A program made the translations under genes and the position numbers. Of a stretch of 64,000 nt of DNA, positions 52,131-64,000 are shown one piece after another (position 1 is the first letter of the stretch; each line of letters begins with the position of its first letter). The DNA is from Camelus dromedarius. Its lineage: Eukaryota. The stretch covers positions 36,458,001 to 36,522,000 of the forward strand of contig NC_087437.1 of NCBI RefSeq assembly GCF_036321535.1. Direction: 5' to 3'. Below the pieces are notes generated by a model, which saw nothing but the letters and a program-made list of their open reading frames with translations, did no database searches and had not been told where the DNA came from.

Positions 52131-52815
52131 CAAATACAGTTAACTTTTGCCTTTACAAAGTTGTAAAGACAATTAAAAGGGAGAAGGATGATCTTTTTAA
52201 CATAATAAATAGCAGTGGAACAATTTGAATTTTAATGCAAAAACAGAATGAACTTTGCCACAAATTTCACATATTATACAAAAATTGACTCAAACAGTTC
52301 ATAGCCCTAAATGAAAAATATACAGGTATAAAATAGCCTGAATGAAACATGAGAGTAAATATATATGACTTTGATTTGGCAATGAATTTTTAGATACAAC
52401 ACCAAAAGCACAGTCCATAAAAGAAAAGAATAATAAAAATGATAGGTTATGAAAAAGGAAAGTAGTAATTTTCAAGTTAAGAACTCTGCAAATACTACCT
52501 TAACTAAGTGATCAAGATTAACATCACCAGTGGTGTCATATGTTCATCCTTCCTCCCTTGATATGATATGATGGGCATTTCTTCTCTGTTTTATTCTTTC
52601 CAAAACCTATGATCCGTGTCCCATTATCAGAAAAACTCAAATTGGAAATCATTCTACAAAATATCTCTTAATTATCCTTCTTAGTCCTCAAAACTCTCAA
52701 GGTTTTGAAAAATAATTAAAGACTAAGATACCAGTCACAAACCAGAGGACATTAAGGAGGCATAATATCTAAATGAAACATAGTATCCTGTATAAAATCC
52801 TAAAACAGAAAATAA
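52131..52815 (+). mobile_element. Old LINE-1 (L1MC-like) continuation: ORF2 end, then L1MC4-type 3'UTR
   Basis: tatacaaaaattgactcaaa; ttttagatacaacaccaaaagcacagtccataaaagaaaa; taccttaactaagtgatcaagattaacatcaccagtg; tcctcaaaactctcaagg. Confidence 0.82.
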
Positions 52816-55800
52816 AACAAAATGTATGTGTATTTTCACATTACAAATTCCTGAGAAAAGGGGAGGTTTTGAGATTGATGCTTATATAGTGTTATTCATT
52901 TGTGTCATGGAGACAAATGTCTCACCAGCTGTCACTTCCTTTTGAGGCAGGAATTAGTTGATTATTCCCTTTTCAAGGAGGATCAGTTATGTCTACCCAT
53001 AAACTTTGAAATATTTCCTTTTCAAGGTAGATGGTCAGAAAACTCAGGATCAAGTTTCAGCCGATTGCCATCCATCAGGACATATGCATTTACAAAATAT
53101 GGAAAAACTCCACATTGGTTGGAAAATAGTAAATTCTCAAGCCCATCCCTCTCGTAGTGCCATCAGCAACTCTAGTTGTCCTCCTCCTCTCACTTCTGAC
53201 CCACTCTGGACCTCTTCAAGAACTAAAAACAAGAGGGTTCATTTCTAGGGTATAGAAGAGTTCCAAAAACTCTGCTCTCTAATTAGGCCTTGCTAATTGG
53301 TCAAGTACTTTGACTTACACCCATATTATTAACCCATTGGAGAGAAAATATTCAGTAGACCACCATTTCCTCAATTGTTTGAGAATAGTGATCCCAGAAA
53401 TATTAATAGGTATTCAAAGAGAAAGAGTTCTTGGGCAAAAAGTACACAAAAAACTTCTTACGTTTTTCTGTTTTGGAAGATTCATATACACTTAAGCATT
53501 TTTAAGGCTTAGATATATCTTCCTGTAAATAAATCTGTTTAGCTTTGATTAACTTGATGTTTCCAATATGTATTTGAAAAAGTGACAATTTACTGAGGGT
53601 TATCTGTTAACTAGGCACAGTCACACTATTATATAATGTCCTATACAATAATAGTATAAAAGTGCTACTCTGGACAACATTTTTGTTCTTTTTATTCATT
53701 GAGTACTAAATATATTTAGACAGTATTCCACACAATAAAATTTATAGAAATAGTTGATATTTTATTCTTCCTGAACTGCTCCCATAAGCTGTGTGTTGAC
53801 CGTGGGGATAGAAACTTGAAATTGTGTAAACTGTCTCACAATCTTGAGGCACTTCCTTTATTCTTGAGAGGTGTCATAAATATATCCTTAACTAAGGAAA
53901 TAAATTTTAAAAAATAAAATTACCAATCTGGTAGTGCTTATTTATATCATTAATTTGAACAGTTTATCAAATTTTCAGGGCCAGCACTTGCTGCAAAATA
54001 TTTTTCTTGAACAGGTGACTTAGGCATATTTGTAAGTAACCAGTGTTTTGAATTTAGACTAATGCCAGTTCTCCATTGTAACATGGAAAGAAACATGGGA
54101 ATCACACTGAAATTAGACAACCCCATCAGGGGTAGGATGAATAGTGAGTTGTGAGACTCTAGATTAGAGGTCCTGAGAGAAGGGTTTTGCTCATAGACAG
54201 AGCATAGAATCCAAAGGGTTAAGAGAATAAAATGTCAAGATTTTAATAATTCATAGCAGAAATTCCAGAAACTATAGTGAGGGACCCAAAAAGGTAAATA
54301 GAGTAGGTTTTCTCATTATTTATAATTGGGTAATGGGATTCTATTCTCATGAATGAGTTTTATCAGAAAAGATAAAACTAAGTCTTAAAATTCCTGATTG
54401 ACCAACAAGAACTTGGTAGCAAGTTACAGTTACCAGTCCAGTTATCACATTTATGGCAGAGGAAACAAATCCTAGAGGCAAGAACTAATAGAACCTGATC
54501 TGCTTAATTATCTGTGGCCTGGACTGCTATGAAGACAGACTTAGTTTATAAAATGTCTATCTTATTATCTTCTCATAATACATTACAAAGTTTCTCTTTT
54601 AATGGATCTGGGGCCAAGGAAGAAGTTGTCAATTTATTTGAGCTGTGGCAACTATAAGCCTGTGTAATTCAAGGTCCAAAGAGTGAATGCCTATAAACAA
54701 GTATTTGTAATGAAGCTTGGAATGTGGCAGATCACATAGGGTTGAACCACATATTTTGATAACTCATTTTCTAAGGGGTTATAATTAAACAAAATAAGGA
54801 GTCAATTCCTGTTAAAATGACTTAAAGCATCAAATTATATATATAATGTATATTTTAATTACTGGCTACGAGACAGGTTTTGAAATGTGTTTAATGATTT
54901 TGGAGTTGCTTTTTTTGCATAGTAGATTAGAAAATCTTTCAGGCATTTACATTATTTTCTAAATTATGAAGCATGAATGATGATGTTTCATTATGGAATG
55001 TAAAGTCATGAAACATACTTAAGTTCGCATTTAATAATAAAGTATTCCACAGCCAGCTGTATATTATTTGTCCCATTATGTAATATTTACATTGGAAATT
55101 TTGGGAGAGAGAAATATTCAACACAGAGATGTATGTGTTGGAGAATGTTTCCTAAGAATGCAAAACAAATAGTGCTGTAAATAGATCAAAGGTAACAGGT
55201 TAGCCTTGGAAGGGAAAAACTATTGTTCTTCATCTGACAAGGTCAGGGCATAGGCAACAATAGATACTATTTCAGAAACATTTTTAGGTGTATGGTTGCA
55301 AAATTGGGCAGTTGATGCCAGATAGCCTCTATTTGATCTGAATTGTACAAGATAAGGTCATCACTTGAGATTATAGGGGACAATGACAGAGAGTCAGACT
55401 TCAAAAGAGTGTTAAAATTTAGAGTAATTGTTGTAGAAATAGGAAATTTAGCTGACTCTGGATAAGTATAAAGATTCTGAGTTGACTTGAGTATCTTGGC
55501 TTCGATAAAAAATCCTAAATGTGTAATATCGTGGAGCGAAAAAATATGTTATATATAATTTTTATGGCACCATTGAGCAGGCTAAGAAAAATGTGACCTC
55601 CAATTATTTTTCATGTGTAGGAAGTGCACATGATAAGTGAGAAAATTATGTTGATTTTGTAACTAGGAGATCATATAACAGAAGTTGACACCTTTTACTA
55701 ATGAGCAGAAATTTTATACAGAATCATCTGGAGCTAACTGAGCTTATGAAGTCACTTGTTCACGGAATTCACATAAGAGATGCTATGTCACAGTTTCAGT

Positions 55801-56963
55801 GCCTGACAGACAGTTAATGGAAACACAGCCAGTGAATTTATGTTGACAGTAGCACTTGGGAATTAGGTGCTGAAATTCTGCTACTTCATAATTGGATTTT
55901 GGCACCTCCTTTTAATCTCCTCTAAATAAAACATAGCATTACTAACAAGTGGCATACTCCAGTGTTACTTGGAGTTTTGTTAAGTGGCAAATTGTTGCTG
56001 ACACTAGTGGCATTTTTGGTACTTACAGAAAAGCACAATACAATTTAGAATAAAAGACATGGGGTTAAACAAGTGTTGCAAAAAAAGGAATGTCATTTAT
56101 ATTAGGAAACAAATTAGATCTTGCTATTTTTTTTGAAAATAAACTATTTCATTTAAGGATATTTAAGAGTGGATTTCATGTGCTGCTTTGTTGTTGCTGT
56201 TGTTTTAAATAAAAAGTGGAAAAAGATAACTTTTATTTTTTAGATATCTTCAAAAGGACCTGGAACTATGTATTAGTTATATATCTTATAAATATCTTAC
56301 AGAAGGTAAAAATGTTAAATAGAAGATTGGACTGTTTGCAGCAGTTGCTTTGTAGTCAAGGTCAAATAGATTTAAGGGTACAGGACAGAAAGGAGCAAGA
56401 CTTCCCCTGTGTCTTCATGAAGACTGAAAAGTAGTTATTAAGTGCAAGAGAGAGGCTCTGAAACTTTGTTCTAGATGTATGTTAAATTGACTAACTAAGG
56501 ACCATGGTCGTGAAGTCAGTGTTGAGTTGAAAGTCCTATATGATGATAAGGAATTTGGTTAACCTCAGGGGTTATGATTATTTAATATTATTTGTAAAAT
56601 ACTCAAACCATCCTTACTCATGGTTTCTGTGCCAATAATAACTTAACATGATGATATCTTTAATGAATTTCAAATGAAGTTGTTTTATAGAGAAGGATAT
56701 TTACAATTCATTTTATAATAGGTGAATCATACTTCAGGATTTGGGGCTAAATTTCAAAATGCAAAATAAAAATTCTTTCATTTTTAATGGGTTGCTTCAC
56801 CCTCAAATTCTATTTAATAACCTTTAGCCAAGAATAATAGTAGGTGCTCAGATATTCTCTGAGTGGCACTTATGAGCAACTTTTACTCCAAATCGCTTCA
56901 ATATACCTGGTGAAGAGAGGAAAAATGGAAAGTGTCATGGGAAGTCTCATCAACTCTGAATGG

Positions 56964-56966
<3 letters not shown>

Positions 56967-57005
<39 letters not shown>
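56967..57005. repeat. (TG)n microsatellite, about 19 units
   Basis: Perfect TG run. Confidence 0.98.
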
Positions 57006-57008
<3 letters not shown>

Positions 57009-58659
57009 CACACAATATACAGTATCTGCAAATCTTGATTTGTTGAATGCCTTGAAAAAAGAAAAGGCACAGGTGCTAGGATGTGTTGAAAGTAGCTATA
57101 GCTAAACCTGGAAGTATACCAGTAAAAAGGGAAGCTTCGTTTTCTGTGAAATTTCACAATGGAAAATGAACTAGGAATCATCCATATTTTGATTGCATAC
57201 GGTACAACTCCTTCTCATCCTCTCCTTCATTCTCTGTATCTCTGTATTCTGAACCCCTTCATTAAAAAAAATTACGGAAAGTGTTTATTTAGTTACATCT
57301 TTAACTTTTAATGTTTTCAGCAAGAGACTTTCTTGGACATTATCATTTGTTATAAATATATACATATAGCCAATATAAGTAAATAAACATATATGTATTA
57401 TCTTAGGTTTTATATATATATTATCAAATATATAAATATATTACATTAGGTTTTATATAAATATGTGTGTGTATGTGTATATAAATCTCCGAACGTAAAC
57501 TGTGTTGTAATCTGTATGTTCACACATGGTCCATATTCTTACAAACACATAATTCTGTAGCAGAGATCAGTCTAAAAGCTCTAGGTCATATAGATAAAGA
57601 TTTTGATGACTGAGGATTTTGCCCAGTTTTCTCTTTACTAAATGGTGTTTCAAAGAAAACTTGAAACTTTTATTTAGTTGCTTTTGTAAGTTTCAGAATT
57701 AATTCTCCTACTGCCTTCTGCCCTTCCACCTCCCCACACACAACAATAAAAGATAAAAGACTTTGAAAGATGGGTGAGAAGCCATGACAATTAACCTGAA
57801 GGTGGCTCCTTCCTTCAGGTTCTGACACCAAAACAGACTTGATGAACCCATCAAACTATGACTCTATAAGCTTCTATAGTGCAATTTTACTTTTGGAAAA
57901 CTACAACAAACTTATTACACAGAATTATAACACAAATGAGGGCAGGATGGAGTCCAACCTGATTGCAGCTCTAACTCATGCTCCTGGCTCAGGCTGGCAA
58001 GAGGAAGGTTCTGAACAGACATTCATTATTTGCATGTTGAATAATTTGAATTTCAACTGTATTATTTTCAAATTGTATCTGTTTATTTTTGATACATTAT
58101 GAAAAATTCATGAGCATTTATGTATTTGACCATAAAACAAACCTAAGGATGCTCTTAATTTTAAAAAAAGACAACAAATTTTGAAAGGTAAAATTGGGAA
58201 TTGTTAAAAGATTTTTTGTGCATTTGGAGAAAAGTAGAAACATGTAAAGAACTCAGTTATAGTTAGCTACCTTTTATTTTCAATGTGAGGCCACACCATC
58301 AAAATATGTATTTCTTATTTAAATGTTATAATTTGACAAAACATGATAAGATAATACAACATTTTGAAATGACTTTATATAACCTACATCAAGATGAAAA
58401 CAAATATTTATAGTCCAAGAGAATGGATGTTGCTGGACTTCAGCTTCTGTTTTTGTAATTCATCACGTTCCTGCAAAAATAACATCAGTTATGTTAATAG
58501 CCCTCTTCATAACAACTGTGGTTGATAAATGACATCAATTTCCTGATGTCCAGACATGAACTAAACTTTCTTTTTTAGGGATTTATAATGCAGATCACAA
58601 GTCCTGGCATTTTTCCCCATCATCATATGACTGTTACCTGACTCTTTCTGGGCATCTAG

Positions 58660-59640
58660 ATCATTGTGCCTGTGAACTGTTCTGGAAAACATTTCCATCA
58701 CTGGCTTCTTATAATTACTTAGTTCCCAGTTGAAATCAATGCCTCATGGCCATCTTCCCACAATCACATTACCCAAAGTATCCCAGTTATTCTCTCTTCA
58801 TCTATGTAATATTAAGAGAAGCTTTTTTATTTTTTTCATGTTGTTTTCCTGTGGATTGTTTGTTTATATTTATATTGCCCACTGATTGATTTATTGAGGT
58901 GTTTTGCAGTAGATATATTTCATATTTATTATTAATCTCTGTATATAGATCTTGGTTTTTACATTTAGCATTAATATTTTGAGTATACTTTGATACCAAT
59001 GGTTTTGTTTTGAAATGGATTTGCTTCCCAGGAGCTATGAATCAACCTTCTAATTTACTCTTTTTTTTCACTTGCCCTTCATTTTCTACAAATAGCTAGA
59101 ATATTATTTTTAACATGTTAAAAAATCATATCCCATTTACTCCTCATCATTGACTATAAGCTGTATATGATATAGCTCCTGCCAGATCTTTGAAGTTATC
59201 CTTCATTGCACACCAGCCATGTGGAGCTATTTTGTTTTCATTTTAAAACAATGTTCATTCTTATATTAAGGAATTGCAAATTGCTTCTCTCTTTGCCTGG
59301 AATTGTTTCCTTCCATATTATTACATGGCAGTTTTCTCATCATTTAGATTTTAGCTGAAAACATCACATCTTAAATGTCCTCCATGAAATTCTTTACAAA
59401 GTAATTTATGTCCCATTCCTCAGAATCACTCTCTATACAAATGCTCTTTTTATTTTTCTTGTTATAGTTATGTTTACATGAAATTATCATTGCTTATTTA
59501 CTTGTTAGTTGTTTATTCCCTCTTTAATATAACAGAATCTCTTAGAAGATGAACTTTGTCTTCCTGGTTTCTTACTATATCCCCAGTGCAGGTAATGTTA
59601 TCAGGGTCACATTGAATACCTGGTGAACTCTATTTCTTGT
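58660..59640 (+). mobile_element. Decayed L2 fragments (possibly with an old L1 piece at about 58810-58990)
   Basis: tctggaaaacatttcc; ttctctctttgcctggaattgtttcc; tttagattttagctgaaaacatcac; gaactttgtcttcctggtttcttactatatccccagtgc. Confidence 0.6.
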
Positions 59641-59827
59641 AGAATTCTCAGTTGAGATTCTTTCCTAGTTGATAATATGAATTAAAAAGTCTCTAATCTT
59701 CAGTCTTAGATAATTCCTTATGTAAGTTCACCTTATTTTACTAGAAGTAAATGCCAAGGAAGAAAACTGTGCCGTCACTCATGGAGGGCCTGTGAAGTGA
59801 TAAGCAATAAAAGTAATTTATTTTTGG

Positions 59828-59910
59828 TAATTTTTACAACAACCCTATGATGAAAGCATCGTTATCTCTATTTTACAATTGAGGTACATGAGACTGAGAG
59901 AAATTAAGTC
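59828..59910 (-). mobile_element. MIR SINE fragment
   Basis: acaacaaccctatga...ttatctctattttacaattgaggtacatgagactgagagaaattaagt. Confidence 0.8.
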
Positions 59911-62580
59911 TAAGCTCAGAAATTACCTCAAGCTTTATTTCAAAGACTGATATTTTCATTATACTACTTTTACTGTTTTTGCCAGAATCTATATCATGTT
60001 GGTTTTTAATAGCCTTTAACATATATGGAAAAGCAAAGATTACATCGCTTATATACATTGTCCATTGTACACTGTTGATACACGTGCTTGTGACAACAGA
60101 AAGTAGTATAATTCATCAAATGTGAAATGTTAGCTTATAAGTAATATTTTGTAGATTTTTATTAGACATACAAACTACTTAGTTACAAGACAATTAGTAC
60201 AGAGTTCAATATTCTGAAGTGAAATAGTTTATTGACTACAGATACATACCATCTTAACGACCTCAACATATCTAAGTTCAATGACATAATACATAGTGCT
60301 CGTTTCTATTAGTCTGGAATCATCTAGTGATTTAGTGATAAAAATAAACCAACGTGTTTTGACTGTGGTAAAATCTCATGGCAAATAACAGCCACCAGAA
60401 TTTGTTTGTCAAAATATATTTTATATAATGGTAATTGTGACAATTTAACTTACAAGAACTGTGTCTTACGTATCTTTCAGACTCGAATTGTGAAAATAAG
60501 TGTAATAAGTGATCTGTAATAAGTGACTAGAAAAAGACAGGTGGAAAAATAAAACACAAGAGGAAATAGTAAAGACAATTTATTGTAATTTTTAGGGTAA
60601 ATTTTTAGATGAGCTCCTTAAGTACTAGAATATTATGGAACAAGTAATATAGGCTATTATAAATGATCATATTTAAGTTGAGCTGCTGATGCTGTAATTG
60701 AATAAGGCATCGTGCCTCACAAGGCTTCTATAAACTCTCTACAGCATCCAGTCTGCTATTTCTTTTTTGGCAGTAGAAAACTGACAACTTCTTGGAGCAA
60801 ATAAGCTGATTTCAAATTGCTTTAACTGAAAAGCTGGAATCTTTCCTAATTACTTTGCTTTATTTGAGAAACTGGAATCTCCCCTATCTTGCTAAGTAGG
60901 TCCCTAGAATTTCCAGATTTGCTTCTTCATTTGCTGAATGGTAAGGAATACATCATCCTGGAAAATGATTTCTGTATCATGTTGTCATGGAAGATGATTG
61001 TTCTATAAGATGATTGTCTTATCTAAGAGTCCCTTCCTGCCCTTATCTCCCTAAAGAGAATCCTATGTTCTCTGGGCCAATGGCTTCAATTTTAGAAGAC
61101 TTCCATGTAGTTTCCAACATGTTCAGTGGACATTTCTCTCTCCTTTTTATGCAGAGCTCATTTGAGATAGAAACTCAGCTCTGTTATGTACATATGTGGA
61201 GGCACTTCTAATATTAATCTAAAAATTATATGTACTGGATACTTTAATTAATTTAGGTACTCCATTAACAATGATTTAGCACCTAATATGTGGCAGCCAC
61301 TGTGTTAAAGACTGCAAATTCTAACATGATTCCAAAATTTGATCCTGACTATATTAGACCTCTTAGCTGATAGGAGAAACAAACTATTACAAGAAGGTTT
61401 TTTATTTACTGTGATAAAGATGTTATGTATATTATGTTTGGAGGACTCAGAGAGGACAACCAAATTTAAACATAGGGTGAAATTTTAATTGATTTTATCT
61501 TTCCTGATTCCAAAATTATAAAGAAAATAAATGATAAGGAAGCTGAATCATTTAAAATTTCAATATTTGAAATGTCCTAAATGTTTTTTATTCAGTCAAA
61601 ACTCAAGTCTTTTCTTCAAATTAAATATATTTATAAAGCAGATGTTCCTCATCTTTTGAAGCTGTAATTATGAATGTTACTTCATATGACTAATTATGAC
61701 TAGAGGCCAGTTATTTCTCCACCACCTGCTTTTACCTTCCATCCCCCTTCTTATTGGAGTCTTAGAACACTGAGAACAAAATTTGAGAATTCTGTCCCAG
61801 ACAATTGTTTCTGGGATCCCCTTCAGACAGAATAATATAACACAGTAAAGCACAAATAATATAACAGGCCCGTGTTAGTTGTTATTCCTTTAAAATTTGT
61901 TGTTTCTAACATAGAAATCAAAGATAAAGAATGTATATATGATATTTCTATGCCTTAACATTTGGGCAAAAAGGATTGTCTAAATTATTAATGAATAATC
62001 TATAACCTCTGATTTTCTTCAATCTTGTAGCTTTGACAGTGCATTTCAAGGTTTGTCTTCAGAATTATCTTATTTTTAAAGAGATCAGTTTCATTCTTAG
62101 AGAAATAAACTCAACCTGTCTCCCTTGGTCTCCCATGGAATTCATCAGTGTTCCTCCGTCCCTGTCTAAGAGACCAGGATAACTGCTTGGATTTACTTGC
62201 ACGTGGTATAGTAACAATAAATTGCTTGAAATGGGAAGTGGAAAGGAGTGGTAAGAGACCTCAGAAACTGATCCCTAATCCCATAGAAATAAGCATTGGA
62301 GTGTTGGCTTGCCTGACATTCTTAACTATTCATGCCTGAGTGCTGTGCATGATTGTGAGTGCAGCCATATAAGAGAGAGTGATGGGAGAGATTGCCCTGG
62401 GTTCCAGTTCTGGAGCTTGGGCAGATGAAAGGTATTTCAGAAGTAAGCTTTGTATTTCTACCTCTAATGTTACCAAAAGAAAAATGATAGATTTAAGACC
62501 ATATTTATTTAGGTGTTTAAAAAATAAAGCATCAAATCATCTGAACATCAATGTTTATGTAAAGGGGAACACTGTTATCC

Positions 62581-63126
62581 TGTTGCAGAAAAGTGTGTTA
62601 TAGCTCAGTGTTACATCTCAGTTGCAATAGCAACCTGGATCCAGGCGAGAGACCAAGCAGCACTCTGAGAGTTGGAGAACTCAGGTTTATTATGCCAGTG
62701 GGCCCAGAGGAGTTAACACTCCAAGCTCTGGACCCCGTCTGTAGGTTTATATGGGCTTTTATAGACTGCCAGTTTACATTTTGCAACATCATATACAAAT
62801 AAGGTATAACAAAAGTTTACTAATTAGGAACAAGCTTTGTAGAAATGGACCAATCATGAGGGAGAGAAATAACCAATCAGGAGTGAGAGAAATACCAATT
62901 AGGAGTGAGCTCCATGCAAATGAAGCACTACAAATGGACCAATCAGGAGTTAGCTCAGGGAACCAATAAAATTTTACGGGTAAGTTCCACTTTCCTAGAA
63001 GTTAGCTGTTTCAGAGGCAAAAAGTGAGATAAAGCTTCTGGGCCAGGGAACCAGATGGTGCTGGCAGGAGGGTAGTGGCCCTGCCTGGGGGTCCTGCCAC
63101 TCTTTTTTATGGGGCTTCCCACCTCA
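62581..63126 (-). mobile_element. Young ERV1-class solo LTR (546 bp)
   Basis: TG...CA termini and a perfect 4-bp TSD ATCC (62577-62580 / 63127-63130). Minus-strand TATA CTATAAAA (62757-62764) and AATAAA (62686-62691) are in the correct order. Confidence 0.95.
62757..62967 (-). promoter_or_regulatory. LTR U3 promoter: five CCAAT boxes, an octamer and a TATA box
   Basis: CCAAT at 62850, 62873, 62895, 62939 and 62963; ATGCAAAT at 62914-62921; TATA at 62757-62764(-). The motifs are seen directly; activity is unknown. Confidence 0.65.
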
Positions 63127-63261
63127 ATCCTATTGTGTGATCCATTTTAATAAAATTATTTATTTTTAACAAAATATATTCTTCAGTAATAGGGTATAAA
63201 GCTACAATATTTAAACAGAGCTGCAGATCTCATGTTTGTAGATTTTTAAAATTCACGTTCT

Positions 63262-63740
63262 TTATTAGCTGGGATATTTATTTAATTGCTTTACTAGAGA
63301 GCAAATAACTGTGTCTTAATCAGGATAAAAGATTCATTTTCTCAAGCACAAGGAAGTCTAAGCTGATAGGGGTTTATGGTCAGGGCACCTCAGCTACTGA
63401 AGGTCATACAAGTGCACAGGCTCCTTCTCCCTTCCTGCTTCATCATCCTCATCTGCACAGCCAGTGCTGGCTCATTACACCCTTTCTCCATACCAGCTCT
63501 TAGGATGGAGGGAAGAGGAAAAAGGAAAACAGCTTCCCATGAAGGATATGATTAATAAGTTGTACATATAATTTTCCTTCACATCACACTGAACAAGACT
63601 GAATTCCACATTAAGTTTTTGCTGCAAGAGGGGCTGTAAAATGTTCTTGCTAGTTACGTAGCACTAAGCACAGTGAAACTCAGATATCCCTTACTAGGGG
63701 GAGAATGGATATTGAGGGAAACTACCGGTCTCTGTCATTA
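63262..63740 (-). mobile_element. ERVL-MaLR LTR (MLT1I/J-like)
   Basis: aaataactgtgtcttaatcaggataaaag...aaggaagtct...caggctccttct...ctgcaagagggggctgtaaaatgt-like motif...ggagaatggatattgaggg. Confidence 0.75.
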
Positions 63741-64000
63741 CTTTCTTAGAATTCAAAAAAAAAAAAGTCTGTAACATTATTTGCTATATTTAACCTCATT
63801 AAACAAAGGGCAAAAAGTATTAAAATGCATATCACTGTTTTAAGAGTATGGTTTAAAAATTACCGAAAAATCCTCTCCCGAAAACATGTACAGAATATAT
63901 CTGATGTTCACAAATGACTGCTATTTTTATTCCTCTAGAATTGCTAAATATTATATAATACTCTTTTATACTGCTATTTAATTTAAACTTAACTGTAGTT

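Noticed and set aside
57793..57821. 10-bp inverted repeat aacctgaagg / ccttcaggtt
   Set aside because: About one such stem is expected by chance in 64 kb, and it is too short for a pre-miRNA.
422..62969. The ORF track as host protein-coding genes
   Set aside because: All ORFs are 121 aa or shorter, many begin at non-ATG codons, and none resembles a cellular protein. The recognisable ones are decayed L1 ORF2 or ERV-L remnants.

Overview
AT-rich, CpG-poor mammalian genomic DNA with no recognisable host protein-coding exon, RNA gene, CpG island or CRISPR array. It reads as intergenic or deep-intronic sequence. Much of it is fossil transposable elements: ancient eutherian L1M, L2, MIR, MLT1/MLT2, MER20 and HAL1 remnants, at least six solo ERV1-type LTRs, an ERV-L integrase+dUTPase remnant, and a few younger lineage-specific L1 insertions. 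The young L1 ends look cetartiodactyl, most like camelid L1, and I see no Alu, B1/B2, Bov-tA/BovB, PRE-1 or Can-SINE, so a camelid is my best guess (inference). The ORFs in the track are chance ORFs, microsatellite translations or decayed TE coding remnants. I found no convincing new biological system. The most interesting items are structural: a 134-bp tailless, 5'-only L1 insertion with a TSD; a young solo LTR with a roughly 22-bp-phased CCAAT array plus an octamer; an old L1 whose 5' end is fused to the end of ORF2; an 81-bp tandem duplication; a ~67-bp duplication flanking an L1; and a strong minus-strand bias of LTRs. Repeat family names come from recalled consensus similarity, not a database search, and boundaries of old elements are approximate.
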